This document shows, piece after piece, positions 11,054 to 21,202 of a DNA stretch of 64,000 bases (positions are counted from its first letter, which is position 1; every line of letters begins with the position of its first letter). The position numbers were made by a program, and so were the translations under genes. Below the pieces are notes generated by a model. That model searched no databases and was not told where the DNA came from. It was given only the letters and a program-made list of their open reading frames with translations. This DNA is from a virus. Its lineage: Duplodnaviria > Heunggongvirae > Uroviricota > Caudoviricetes. Where the stretch lies: IMG/VR virus record IMGVR_UViG_3300031088_000799; one strand, given 5' to 3'.

Positions 11054-11893
11054 TCAAACGAGCAGAGAATTGTCAGTAAAAAACTCAGGTGCTGCATCAT
11101 TGAAGATGAATGCTACTTTGTTAGATACTTTTGCAAAGTTACCAACATCAACCTCTACCACACGACGACGCATAAAACCTTTTGAGTTTTCTTCGGTCAA
11201 AAATTGTTTCGGAATGTCAGATTCTGTCGCTGAAACAAAAAATGACTCGTTACGAACAAAAGTGCCGTATTTGAAGAAGTTAGGGTATGCATTAAAGTCA
11301 ACGCCTTTCTTCATCATCATCTCAATTTTTTCAGCACCGTTTACACCCATCAGTTGCTTGTGACTGAACTCAGCCATTGCTGCCATACTGATTGAGTTCT
11401 TATAAGCATCCATTGCTCTCCACATAAACATGTTTGCCACTTCTGAGAAGTTTGGCATGTTAATAATACGGCAATCAAAAGTTGGAAGCTTTTGAAGACA
11501 CTTTTCACCCCAATATTCTAAGGCATATACCATAAATTTAGCTGTAGCAATAGAGGCAACGTTACTAACCATCTTTTGAACACGGCCATCAAAGAAAATG
11601 CTAGAACGAGTATCACTACCGTACCAAGCCAAACTGATTTCATCAGATTGTGTATAACCAACAGTGGCACCTGTTTCTTTAACAAGATATTTGGTTACTT
11701 CAATCATTGCTTTTGACAGTTTTTCATCAAATGGCTTTTTCATGCCTTTAGTGAATTTACTGAAAGAACGACCATCAATTCGAGCATATACTGGCTGATT
11801 ACGAGCAAATCGAACTTTGGTTTCTTTATCTTCGTAGAATTTCATACGCTCACCTAGCGTAAGTTGTTGTTGTTGCAGAGTTTGGTCTACCAT
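11054..11893 (-). CDS. tRNA(His) guanylyltransferase Thg1-like protein (3'-5' polymerase)
   Basis: Motifs RIDGRSFSKFT, KPFD, GYTQSDEISL, FFDGRVQKMVS, PTFDCR. Confidence 0.93.
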   Translation of the reverse strand: MVDQTLQQQQLTLGERMKFYEDKETKVRFARNQPVYARIDGRSFSKFTKGMKKPFDEKLSKAMIEVTKYLVKETGATVGYTQSDEISLAWYGSDTRSSIFFDGRVQKMVSNVASIATAKFMVYALEYWGEKCLQKLPTFDCRIINMPNFSEVANMFMWRAMDAYKNSISMAAMAEFSHKQLMGVNGAEKIEMMMKKGVDFNAYPNFFKYGTFVRNESFFVSATESDIPKQFLTEENSKGFMRRRVVEVDVGNFAKVSNKVAFIFNDAAPEFFTDNSLLV

Positions 11894-11952
11894 GATGTTT
11901 CTCCTTTTGGTTAAGACCTGATCATAATACCAAAATTCATATCAAAGGTCAA

Positions 11953-12780
11953 TCAAATAACATACATTTCTTCTATTTGGCGATATCGCTTAACTAAAAC
12001 ATCAAGTTCAGTAATAGTGCTATAATGAAAACCACATAACAAATCAACACCACTAAAAGATTGTTGTAAAAAGTTTATTTTATTAAAATCTGATAACGTT
12101 TTAGCCCGTATAAATAAATGCTCTCTATTTGATTTAATATAATAATTGAGATCATAATTAAAATATAACCCATTTTTATTATAAGCTTTGTAACATAACA
12201 TCAAGTGCTCATTAAAAACTTTGCCATGGTTAACTAAATCAAATAAATGATTATGAAAATCAATAAAAAGAGTCTTTCGTTTAACAGGCTCAGCTAGCAC
12301 CATAATATCAGTATTTAATACAACGTCGCTCACTTCAACAGGTAAATATTTAATAAGCTGATTACAAAATTCAGTTGTCTTCTCTTTTTTAAGTGGGAAG
12401 TGTATCAAATCAAAAACCGAATTGTTTATTGCCCAATTAAAATCTAATTCAATTAATGGTAATACATAGCGATCTTCGATACATACATTAAATGGAATAT
12501 AGAAATCAGCTTGATGGATTCTATAAAAACCATAAAATTGCAAATCATAACGATCTTCAATAAAACCACCATAGCCATCATCGTGTTTAATTATTGGAGA
12601 AATTTTTTTAAATAATAAAATACACTCTACATCTTCAGCTATACAACCATAGGAGCACGCTATTTGTTCTTGAACTCTACCTAAATCATAAAATTCTAAA
12701 AAATTTAATTTTTTATAATCATAATTAAAGTAAGTAGTATAAAAATTCTTAAAATGTAACTGTTCCATAATCATTCTCAT
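11953..12780 (-). CDS. hypothetical protein, C-terminal tag family (..IEEMYVI); paralog of 12777..13592
   Basis: Shares YGFYRI..DFY.PF, INNSVFD..H.PLKKEKT, QSFSG with neighbour. Confidence 0.8.
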   Translation of the reverse strand: MRMIMEQLHFKNFYTTYFNYDYKKLNFLEFYDLGRVQEQIACSYGCIAEDVECILLFKKISPIIKHDDGYGGFIEDRYDLQFYGFYRIHQADFYIPFNVCIEDRYVLPLIELDFNWAINNSVFDLIHFPLKKEKTTEFCNQLIKYLPVEVSDVVLNTDIMVLAEPVKRKTLFIDFHNHLFDLVNHGKVFNEHLMLCYKAYNKNGLYFNYDLNYYIKSNREHLFIRAKTLSDFNKINFLQQSFSGVDLLCGFHYSTITELDVLVKRYRQIEEMYVI

Positions 12781-13592
12781 TTAATAGAATACATACTTTC
12801 AACTTGTCGGTATTCCTGTACCAGAGAAGCCAAGCCATCAATAGTGCTATAATTAAAGTCAACAAACCCTGTCATACCACTAAATGATTGCATCAACAAC
12901 TCATCTTTATTAAAATTTAAAGCATCAATAGAATTAGAACTATCAGTCATAATTAACTGGTCAATTTTTTTATCAACTGTATACTTAAGATGATAATGAC
13001 AAGAAGCAGAAGGATCAAATACTCTAATTTTATTGTCAATTAAATCACCAATTTTCCACTTAATAGAAAAGAACTCATTAAAATTTTTCCCTCTATTTGT
13101 GACTTCAATAGTATAACAGGACATATCAAAATCAAAATAAATAAAACTTTTCTTAAATGATTCCGTTAAAGTGAAAATATTAGAATCTTTCAAAATTTTT
13201 TTAGTTAATGGTTGTAGATTATCCATAATAAAACTATAAAATTCATCTGTTTTTTCTTTTTTAAGGGGTATATGTTTGCAGTCAAACACTGAATTATTAA
13301 TGTCATAATTAAATGCCAACTCGACATGACATACAATAGTTTCTTTTGAACAATAAGTAAAAAATGGCATATAAAAATCTGAATCTTTAATTCGATAAAA
13401 ACCATAATGTTGAATTTCTTTTCCACTCATCATACGAGTAAACAGAAAAAAACAATCTACATCATACATTGAACACTCATAAGATGTGGCTATCTCTTCA
13501 TGAACAGCATCACCTGCTGTCCATATGTCAAGTTTTTCATAAGGATAATTAAAATAAGTTTCAAAAAAATACCTAAAATGACTGCGTTTCAT
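12777..13592 (-). CDS. hypothetical protein, C-terminal tag family (..VESMYSIK)
   Basis: Tandem paralog of 11953..12780. Confidence 0.8.
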   Translation of the reverse strand: MKRSHFRYFFETYFNYPYEKLDIWTAGDAVHEEIATSYECSMYDVDCFFLFTRMMSGKEIQHYGFYRIKDSDFYMPFFTYCSKETIVCHVELAFNYDINNSVFDCKHIPLKKEKTDEFYSFIMDNLQPLTKKILKDSNIFTLTESFKKSFIYFDFDMSCYTIEVTNRGKNFNEFFSIKWKIGDLIDNKIRVFDPSASCHYHLKYTVDKKIDQLIMTDSSNSIDALNFNKDELLMQSFSGMTGFVDFNYSTIDGLASLVQEYRQVESMYSIK

Positions 13593-13610
13593 AAATTCCC
13601 CTTTAAATGA

Positions 13611-14456
13611 TTAGATCTTAATCATCTCACTGATTTCCACAATCCTATGTTTTTCACTATTGTAATAATCAAACAACTCAGTGTGTGTTGCAAAATACGG
13701 GATAACGTAATCATCAACACCATGATGATTTCTTAATGCAAAACGGAAAGGTTCTGCAATAATAGCTGCATCACTACGCAATGTATTCCAAAAATCAAAA
13801 TCATTAAAATTACCTGAAATAATAGCACCAATCGGTTTTAATTGATAACTAATTTCCTCATTTCGAGTTTCTTTTGAATTATAGGAAATATCATTACTAT
13901 AAATATTAAAGAAGAAGCCCGTTTCTTTAGTCTGATAAAAGAACTCTGTATCAAATGCAATTTCTTTATAAGTTAATCCATCTTCTCTACGCACTGAAAG
14001 AGTTGTTTGCTTAAACTGCATTGGACAATTTTTTTTGCTATAATAACTATCAAATAGAAGAGAAAAACGCTCAGCATCTTCACCCAAGAACTCTTTAAAA
14101 GTAACAGGATTAAAGTTCAAATGATCCTTATAATCAAACAAGATATTCTGATACTTATCTTTATTGATTGAAATATTAAATTTATAGATGGCTCTGTAAT
14201 CATTCAATCTTACAGCGTCAGATCCATCAGAAAGCATAAAATCAAGAGCCATAGCAATATGCATATCTTTATAATGCACAATAACATCTATGAGCCTTTT
14301 CCTACGAAAACTGACATAATTAACGACATGAATATCATCATTCTTCACATCTACCATTACAGGAAAAATTTCATTCAAAACAAGCCTAGATAAAGCATCT
14401 TGATTAAAGAGCCTTTTACGCTTGTTATTTTCCTGTATAAAGTCAATGTTCTTCAT
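13611..14456 (-). CDS. hypothetical protein, C-terminal tag family (..ISEMIKI)
   Basis: 281-aa ORF, AGGAG SD, shared motif. Confidence 0.75.
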   Translation of the reverse strand: MKNIDFIQENNKRKRLFNQDALSRLVLNEIFPVMVDVKNDDIHVVNYVSFRRKRLIDVIVHYKDMHIAMALDFMLSDGSDAVRLNDYRAIYKFNISINKDKYQNILFDYKDHLNFNPVTFKEFLGEDAERFSLLFDSYYSKKNCPMQFKQTTLSVRREDGLTYKEIAFDTEFFYQTKETGFFFNIYSNDISYNSKETRNEEISYQLKPIGAIISGNFNDFDFWNTLRSDAAIIAEPFRFALRNHHGVDDYVIPYFATHTELFDYYNSEKHRIVEISEMIKI

Positions 14457-14557
14457 TCAATGTCTCCTAAAGTTTGAATAATTATACCATAATATAAAAA
14501 TGATGTAAACAAAAAAGCCACAACACAAGGTTATGGCTTTATTGCTATCATGTTACT

Positions 14558-15220
14558 TTAATCAGTCTGACCAACAACTTCATCAGCTACAATAATGAAA
14601 AGGTCAGCCATTTCAGAAATTGCAATGTCCAATGTTTCATCAGCAATGTGACGACAAGCTTTCAAGTTAACAATCACATCAAATCCTGCCTTTTTCAATT
14701 GAATAGCAGTATTCTTTACACAATAGTCGGTAGCCAAACCACCCACGATAACAGTTTCAATTCCATTGGCTTTAAGCACTTCAATCACACCTGTAGTCTT
14801 TTTGTTACCCAAGTCATGATAGCAAGCACCATATGGGTGCATATGTTTTTCAATGCCCTTATAAACCATAAAATCATACTTATCTGCTTTTGGAAGTTCA
14901 TCCAAGAATTCAGCACCTTCTGTACCCAAAATACAGTGAGCTTTCCAGTGAATATCCATATCACGGAATTGTGGTGCAACAGGGCTAAATTGTGGATTCC
15001 GTTCATCAGCTACCCAGTAAGCATTACGAGCGTGAATATCCTTAGAACCTACACGAAAACCTGCAAGTTCAGCTTGTTCATTTAAAGCAGCCGCAATCAA
15101 ATGACCACCAGCAACTGGCAATTCATCAGGATAAATGGGAGTAAAACTCTTTTGAGGGTCTACGTCAAAAGCAGCAACTTTTACTTTGTCTTTGGTCACA
15201 ACATATTGATTAGTTCTCAT
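14558..15220 (-). CDS. pncA: nicotinamidase/pyrazinamidase (isochorismatase family)
   Basis: DVDPQKSF, W..HCILGTEGAEF, YKG, GGLATDYCVKNTA catalytic motifs; AGGAG SD before ATG 15220. Confidence 0.88.
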   Translation of the reverse strand: MRTNQYVVTKDKVKVAAFDVDPQKSFTPIYPDELPVAGGHLIAAALNEQAELAGFRVGSKDIHARNAYWVADERNPQFSPVAPQFRDMDIHWKAHCILGTEGAEFLDELPKADKYDFMVYKGIEKHMHPYGACYHDLGNKKTTGVIEVLKANGIETVIVGGLATDYCVKNTAIQLKKAGFDVIVNLKACRHIADETLDIAISEMADLFIIVADEVVGQTD

Positions 15221-15278
15221 GGTGTAGCTCCTTTTTTTCATTTTGTGTATTATATCATACTATAATACTTCAATTCAA

Positions 15279-16067
15279 CTAAATTTCGTTCATTTCAACC
15301 ACTTTTAAAGCTTGACTAACAGAAAACAAAACTTCATCCATTGTTTTATAATCATTCACCAACAATTCACTGATGACTTTATTTCTAAAATGGGCTGACA
15401 TCAATGCACCCCAATAATCTTTGAACTCAAGATCTTTGATACTGATATAAGTATAATCTTGAGTGGTCAGAGAAAAGGCATCATCATCACAATAAAATTT
15501 CATATTATTAAAAAATTTATCTGATGTTTGCTGATAATGATTAATAAAATAAGAGCCTTTATTTTTACACATATCAATAATAACTTTAAGAGATTTTCCA
15601 TTTTTTCCATCGATATATGGATAAAAATATAAAGAATCCAAAACACCAGATAGTTGCTTTTTATGGACTTCGGGTAAATTGGTCAATAATAGATCTGTAT
15701 AGGTTTCAACATGCTCTCTTTCTACGTTTTTAACTGGCGTATTAATAAGGTGATAATCATCGTATTCAAATTGACTATTTCGAGAATAAACGACAGTATA
15801 ATAAAGAATTATATGCATTGAAAAATTTTTAATAGAATTTTTGTCCTGAACAAATTCAAATGGAATACGTTGATTCAGTAATTTAATAAATCCATTACAA
15901 CGAATTTTATTATCAAAATCTGTATGTTCGACAACATCAATATCCACAGCACATCCAAAGAAATTACAAGCAGTCTCATTCATCAATGTCGTATCAAAAC
16001 GAATAGCTGAAAATTTACCAAAATGATTATCTATACATTCAGCAGATTGCAATGGTTCAATGGTCAT
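15279..16067 (-). CDS. hypothetical protein, C-terminal tag family (..VVEMNEI)
   Basis: 262-aa ORF, GAGG SD, shared motif. Confidence 0.75.
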   Translation of the reverse strand: MTIEPLQSAECIDNHFGKFSAIRFDTTLMNETACNFFGCAVDIDVVEHTDFDNKIRCNGFIKLLNQRIPFEFVQDKNSIKNFSMHIILYYTVVYSRNSQFEYDDYHLINTPVKNVEREHVETYTDLLLTNLPEVHKKQLSGVLDSLYFYPYIDGKNGKSLKVIIDMCKNKGSYFINHYQQTSDKFFNNMKFYCDDDAFSLTTQDYTYISIKDLEFKDYWGALMSAHFRNKVISELLVNDYKTMDEVLFSVSQALKVVEMNEI

Positions 16068-16157
16068 AGTTTATTCCTCAGATTTGCCAAATTATAACAT
16101 ATTTAAAAAATATAGACAACAAAAAAAGACCTTTGGGATCTTTTATTCGTTTTCTAT

Positions 16158-17723
16158 TTAAACAGACATTCGAGGTCTTATACGCTCTTGTTTGTTTGCA
16201 GCCAATTGTTCTGGTGCAGCATTTAACTCGGCTTGTTGTTTTAAAATATGTTTTTTGAAGAATTGTTTAACATCATCACCCGCTTTCACTTTAAATCCAT
16301 TGTCATGAATTTCAAGCACTGGTAAAGCATCATCTGATCTTCTTGCAGTTAAACCATCAAGTTCTTTTGGAATAACCATAGAAAGTTCACTATTAACATC
16401 TCTTTTAGCACTAATTTCTAAATTCGGAACATCTTTCATTTCAGGCTCATCAAAAATAAAGACTTCTTTTGGTATTTGTCTACCTTTTGGCTCTGGCAAT
16501 GGCTTGTAAGTTTCATTTATTTTACTTACAAATTTAAGTAAGTCATCTTTACTTAATTCATTACTTTCTACCACAGGAACAGGATTTGGTTTTACGTCTT
16601 CTTTTTCTTTAACAAGAGCATCAATGAATAATGGTTGTTTCAAATTATCTTTAACATAAGGAACTTCGATAACATTAGCATCAGGCATGTTAATTTTTAT
16701 ATTTGAATTGTCTATAGCTAGATTAATTTCTTGTTCAATTTCAGCTTCAACAAAATAGTTGTTATCAGTTAATTGCATTGGTTCAACAGTTGGTGCTGGA
16801 AGCAAATCTGCATAAGATTTTCTAACATCACTGACTAGTTGTAAATAATCAGCTTTATCCATAAGTCCATCCTGAATCATTGGAACTTCTGGTTGTTTTG
16901 CTGGTATTTCATTATTTATTGTCACTTTGGTCATAAGACCTACATCTAATTGATTGGCTGTCATCAATGGAGCTGCAAAAACAGTGCGTTCTAAGCCACT
17001 ATCAATTTCATTGGATAAATCAGCATTAGCTCGTAAAGATGCAGTAACTTTACTATAATTTTCCTTACATTTATCAATAAGATTTAATAAAGGTGATACA
17101 GCATATAATGGCAATGAATATAATCCAGCCGTCATAATGGTTTCAACAGATTCAGCCGGTAAAGCATTAGTAAATTCATTACTTAAACCAGCCGCCAGCA
17201 TTGTCCCTACAACACCAGTAGCAAAAGCATTATAGAGGTATTCTCTTCCTTCACGTTTTACTTCTTCAGCAGTAATATATTGATTTTCTTTAATAATAGG
17301 TGTTTCCAATTTATCAGCAATACGATCTTTGAATAAAGATAATTTTTGATAATCATACTCATAATCATTAACAGATTTTAATTTATCACCTGAAATTTTA
17401 CACAAACCATCTTTCATTTTATCATAAAGATTCATTAAGGGAGTTGCTGCGAACGTAGCAACGGCTGGAATAATTCCTATTTGAGCAGCAGACTGGACAG
17501 CATCTAGTGGTAATGTATTAGTAACATACGCTAACATACTGCCAAAAGCTATCGTAGTTGAAACACCTGTTGATAAACCTATCACTGATAAATTGCGTTG
17601 CTCTTTTTCAGCATCACTTCTTAAATACAATGTTTTTTTTGCGAGAGTTTCCTTCTCGCTATCAGCAAAATTTATCAAATCTAGATTTAATTTCTCAGAA
17701 ATTGATTTTTTGAATAATGGCAT
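16158..17723 (-). CDS. membrane protein with duplicated hydrophobic hairpin, low-complexity C-half and basic tail
   Basis: Internal repeat TGV..T......TN.LP...V......PL.NL.DK.K twice; ends RIRPRMSV. Confidence 0.75.
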   Translation of the reverse strand: MPLFKKSISEKLNLDLINFADSEKETLAKKTLYLRSDAEKEQRNLSVIGLSTGVSTTIAFGSMLAYVTNTLPLDAVQSAAQIGIIPAVATFAATPLMNLYDKMKDGLCKISGDKLKSVNDYEYDYQKLSLFKDRIADKLETPIIKENQYITAEEVKREGREYLYNAFATGVVGTMLAAGLSNEFTNALPAESVETIMTAGLYSLPLYAVSPLLNLIDKCKENYSKVTASLRANADLSNEIDSGLERTVFAAPLMTANQLDVGLMTKVTINNEIPAKQPEVPMIQDGLMDKADYLQLVSDVRKSYADLLPAPTVEPMQLTDNNYFVEAEIEQEINLAIDNSNIKINMPDANVIEVPYVKDNLKQPLFIDALVKEKEDVKPNPVPVVESNELSKDDLLKFVSKINETYKPLPEPKGRQIPKEVFIFDEPEMKDVPNLEISAKRDVNSELSMVIPKELDGLTARRSDDALPVLEIHDNGFKVKAGDDVKQFFKKHILKQQAELNAAPEQLAANKQERIRPRMSV

Positions 17724-17784
17724 TACTTGACCAATTGTTGTTATTTATACACCTATTATACAACATAAGCAAAAAAAGTAAATT

Positions 17785-18465
17785 TTAATAATCAACAATT
17801 TCACTTAATTTAAACAATTGATCAAAATCGGCATTAAATTCTACAACTTCATCATTAAGGCAGGTGAAAATTTTTGATTCCATAAAGGCTTGCCTGCACA
17901 CATGTTCAAATGGACCAGCAATAATTTTAACAGTACTCTTATTTATATTATTGTCTTTATACTTACAACGCAAAACAATCGTTGAATCAATAAAATGAAA
18001 TTCCATGTCTAATAAAAAATCGCTTTTTATTTGATATTTCACTACATGGTCATCATTATCTAAATTGTAAGCATAGCCAAATGAAGCGTTAACTTGATGC
18101 TTGTAATGTGCATAGGCATCAATAAAAAATTTTTCTGCATATTGACTGTTAATTTTATTAAATTTTCTAAAAAGAGTCAACATATGCTCAAAATTTGAAT
18201 AGTGTTCAGTTACTAAGAAATCAACATCACTAGAACAATCAATATCAAAAGTTAAAGAACCATCTTCTTCCTGCCTATAAAAATAAGGAAAACCATTCTC
18301 CATTACACAATAGCGAATACCATATTTATAATGAACAAGAAGATGCTCAGACTCAGGTGAAAAGAAAGAATTTAATTTATCATTTTTAGAAACTTCAAAA
18401 GTTGTTTCCAAATGATGCCCATTTTTAAATCCTCGTAGAATTTTATGATTTTTTCTTCGGTTCAT
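17785..18465 (-). CDS. hypothetical protein, C-terminal tag family variant (..LSEIVDY)
   Basis: 226-aa ORF, GAGG SD. Confidence 0.75.
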   Translation of the reverse strand: MNRRKNHKILRGFKNGHHLETTFEVSKNDKLNSFFSPESEHLLVHYKYGIRYCVMENGFPYFYRQEEDGSLTFDIDCSSDVDFLVTEHYSNFEHMLTLFRKFNKINSQYAEKFFIDAYAHYKHQVNASFGYAYNLDNDDHVVKYQIKSDFLLDMEFHFIDSTIVLRCKYKDNNINKSTVKIIAGPFEHVCRQAFMESKIFTCLNDEVVEFNADFDQLFKLSEIVDY

Positions 18466-18619
18466 TATAAGTCCTCATAGTTGCCTACTATAATACATTT
18501 TTTGAGCTTTAAAGTCAACGAAATATCTTTTAACAATACAAAGAAAATGCTTGATCTGATGTATCAATTTGTGTTATCATTAAAATATTATAGATTAAGT
18601 CACTAAAAGGTATTTAGTA

Positions 18620-19744
18620 ATGGGTAAGCAAAACAAAAGAAAAATTGAAGAATTTGAAAACAATGAATTGCGTTTCAAGCAATCTATTGCTATGCATTCA
18701 AACAAAGTAAAAATTGCAAACTCGACTCGACAAGAAGTCCCTATTGTAGCTGAAATTGAGCCTGAATTGCTCGAATTGGCTATTAATGATCCTGATGAAT
18801 TCAAATGTAGCTCTAAATCCAATAATCGTGACAAAAAAGTCAAACTTTTGGCTAAATTCCTTTTTGCCAAATACAAAACACCCAAAATTCTTGAACAAGT
18901 ATGGGAAGGCCCCACCATCCCAGAACGCCCTAACACCAAGAAAAAATCATCGGCTATTCGTTACCGAAAATGGTTTGTTTGTGCCGCAACAGGTGGCTCG
19001 CTTTACAAAGAACATTTGAAAACTTTTTTGACTAAAAAAGAAGGTGCTCTTTTTGTCAACTGCCCTTTCGAATTGACTATTGATCAAGCAATTGTGTACG
19101 CTATTGCTGCTGCAGAAGGTAATCGTGCTGGAATCGCCCTGCGTATCGCTAAATCGAAATTGAATGAAAAAAATTACGAAGATGACTTTTGGAAGAGCGT
19201 CATCCGTTTCTTCGCACAAGAAAATAAAACACCAGACACCGTAGAAAAAATAAACGATTTGGTAGACTTTATTAATGCTGAAAAATTGGCTAATGCTAAC
19301 TTTAATATTTTTGGTAATGGTTGGACGCTTCCATCATTGACTAAAAGAATGCATGATTGGCACCATCAACTTCGTAGAATTAAAAAAATGGGATCTTTCT
19401 CTTGGACAGGTCATGCATTTAAAGACTTTGAATTGATTCGTAAAGAAGGCGAACCTAGCTGCGAACACTGGACCTTGACACAAATTAAAACATCGAAAGA
19501 TCTTTTGGAAGAAGGTTCTAAACAACACCACTGTGTGTATGGATATAAAGATTCATGCATTAATGGCTTAACTTCAATCTGGTCATTAAAAGTTAATAAT
19601 AAAAGAAAAGTAACTATTGAAGTACGTTCAAATTACTCCATTGTTCAAGCTCGTGGTTTTGCAAATAGGAAAACAACAGGTGAAGAAGATAACTTGATTA
19701 ATTTGTGGGCAAGAGAAAATGGCCTTCAAATCACTTACCGTTAA
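18620..19744 (+). CDS. PcfJ-like domain protein
   Basis: DLLEEGSKQHHCVYGY...IWSL...VTIEV...IVQARGFANR. Confidence 0.8.
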   Translation: MGKQNKRKIEEFENNELRFKQSIAMHSNKVKIANSTRQEVPIVAEIEPELLELAINDPDEFKCSSKSNNRDKKVKLLAKFLFAKYKTPKILEQVWEGPTIPERPNTKKKSSAIRYRKWFVCAATGGSLYKEHLKTFLTKKEGALFVNCPFELTIDQAIVYAIAAAEGNRAGIALRIAKSKLNEKNYEDDFWKSVIRFFAQENKTPDTVEKINDLVDFINAEKLANANFNIFGNGWTLPSLTKRMHDWHHQLRRIKKMGSFSWTGHAFKDFELIRKEGEPSCEHWTLTQIKTSKDLLEEGSKQHHCVYGYKDSCINGLTSIWSLKVNNKRKVTIEVRSNYSIVQARGFANRKTTGEEDNLINLWARENGLQITYR

Positions 19745-19929
19745 TGGCTAAAAAAATGAATAAAATGATGAATAAATTTCTCCAACCAAAAGTCAATTTT
19801 AGAAATATTGCATTATGGGAGCGTCTTTATGGTGAAGACTCCCATCCTCCCTGCAAAGGAAATCATTTTGTGCCTCCCAAATACTCTCGTTTTCATTTAA
19901 AACATGGTAAATGGAAAAAATTTGGATAA
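19744..19929 (+). CDS. small basic hypothetical protein
   Basis: ATG overlaps upstream stop (TAATG). Confidence 0.4.
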   Translation: MAKKMNKMMNKFLQPKVNFRNIALWERLYGEDSHPPCKGNHFVPPKYSRFHLKHGKWKKFG

Positions 19930-20014
19930 CTTTTTTAAATCATAATATATTTTCTTTCTCCTTATTGATATTGCTAAAAAATATGATATTAATAAGAAAA
20001 AAGGAGACTATATT

Positions 20015-20206
20015 ATGCCAACAGTATACAGAGTAAGTTATCTTGAAAGTGAACGTGGTTGGGGACAAGATAGATGGACAACTGATTATACATCAGAAGA
20101 AGAAGCTAAAAAAATGGTCCAAGAAACCAATGAGAAATATTGTTCCAGCTCTACAACACCAGATTACTACATACAAGCCGAATATCTAGGGCAAATAAAT
20201 CTTTAA
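20015..20206 (+). CDS. small hypothetical protein (ESERGWG motif, phage-like)
   Basis: AGGAG SD; 63 aa. Confidence 0.75.
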   Translation: MPTVYRVSYLESERGWGQDRWTTDYTSEEEAKKMVQETNEKYCSSSTTPDYYIQAEYLGQINL

Positions 20207-20216
20207 AAAAAGACTC

Positions 20217-21053
20217 TCACGAGTCTTCTTTTTTTCCAAACACCATAACATATTCATCCATACGATTGATATTAAAACCATATGTGTCCATCCAAAATAT
20301 GTTGTCTTTGTCTTTAAAGCGTTTGTGATTTCTTTTTCGCATATAAGTATCATAAGCTTTTTCTTGATTAAATCGTATTCTATCAAAAAAATCATTACTG
20401 ATTTGACTGCCATTAAATATAGATTCAGTAATCAATTTCTTTAAAATATACTCTTTTTTATTATGTCCAAGAACTACACCATCTTCAATTAATAACAAAG
20501 CAGTTTCTTCTAAAATCTGAACTTTGCTTTTTGGAACCAAATTTCCTGTAACTTCAAGGAGACGCTCTAAGCCAAAACCTACGTCTATACAAGTGTCCAT
20601 AGTATTAACAATATTACCTATTTCAACATTATTTTTATAAAACTCTGTACAATAGCCCCCAATACTGCCATCAGACCAAATACATTCGTTATCTTTACGA
20701 ACTTCAATATCGTATTCAGAATAGAGGTCTTTCCATTCTTCATATTTATCGGGGTGAATTGTTACATAGTCAGGTTTAATACCCAATTTGTTAACAAATG
20801 AATACATGAAATCAATAGATTTTTTAAGTGACCATTCTCTAAATGAAAACAATCCTATCATTTCAAATTTTAAGAAATGTGTGCCATCACCTATTTCATC
20901 TAGGTCATTAATGCGTAAACATTGTTGAATATTAGTAAATGTGTTGATATATTCTGGATTGGAATACAAAGGTTTAAATTGTTGCATACCAGAGGTGGTA
21001 AATAAAGTTGTTTCGTCAGGACTTTTGACAGATGAGTTTATATGAAAGTCCAA
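20217..21053 (-). CDS. minimal alanyl-tRNA synthetase-like protein (catalytic domain only; start ambiguous or frameshifted)
   Basis: TTLFTTSGMQQFK, QQCLRINDLDEIG, HFLKFEMIGLFSF, G.CTEFY, EIGNIV, IDVGFGLERL and terminal DTYGF; no editing or C-Ala domains. Confidence 0.85.
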   Translation of the reverse strand: MDFHINSSVKSPDETTLFTTSGMQQFKPLYSNPEYINTFTNIQQCLRINDLDEIGDGTHFLKFEMIGLFSFREWSLKKSIDFMYSFVNKLGIKPDYVTIHPDKYEEWKDLYSEYDIEVRKDNECIWSDGSIGGYCTEFYKNNVEIGNIVNTMDTCIDVGFGLERLLEVTGNLVPKSKVQILEETALLLIEDGVVLGHNKKEYILKKLITESIFNGSQISNDFFDRIRFNQEKAYDTYMRKRNHKRFKDKDNIFWMDTYGFNINRMDEYVMVFGKKEDS

Positions 21054-21144
21054 ATCATATAATCTGGAATGATTAGTGTATATTTCTATTATTAGATTGC
21101 GTTTAGCTGTGACATAGCTTCCTCCTATTTATCAAAGTTGTCTA

Positions 21145-21178
21145 TGACATAATAACATCAGAAAGCTTATTATGTCAA
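21145..21178 (-). promoter_or_regulatory. sigma70 promoter of AlaRS-like gene embedded in an 11-bp perfect inverted repeat
   Basis: Minus strand TTGACA-18-TATTAT; TGACATAATAA (21145-21155) / TTATTATGTCA (21167-21177). Confidence 0.65.
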
Positions 21179-21202
21179 TAAACAAAAGTTTTTTTTATAA
21201 AA

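Noticed and set aside
14558-15220. NAD reconstitution (NARP-type) anti-defence pathway
   Set aside because: Only a nicotinamidase is present; no Nampt/Nmnat or Adps/Namat partners in the window.
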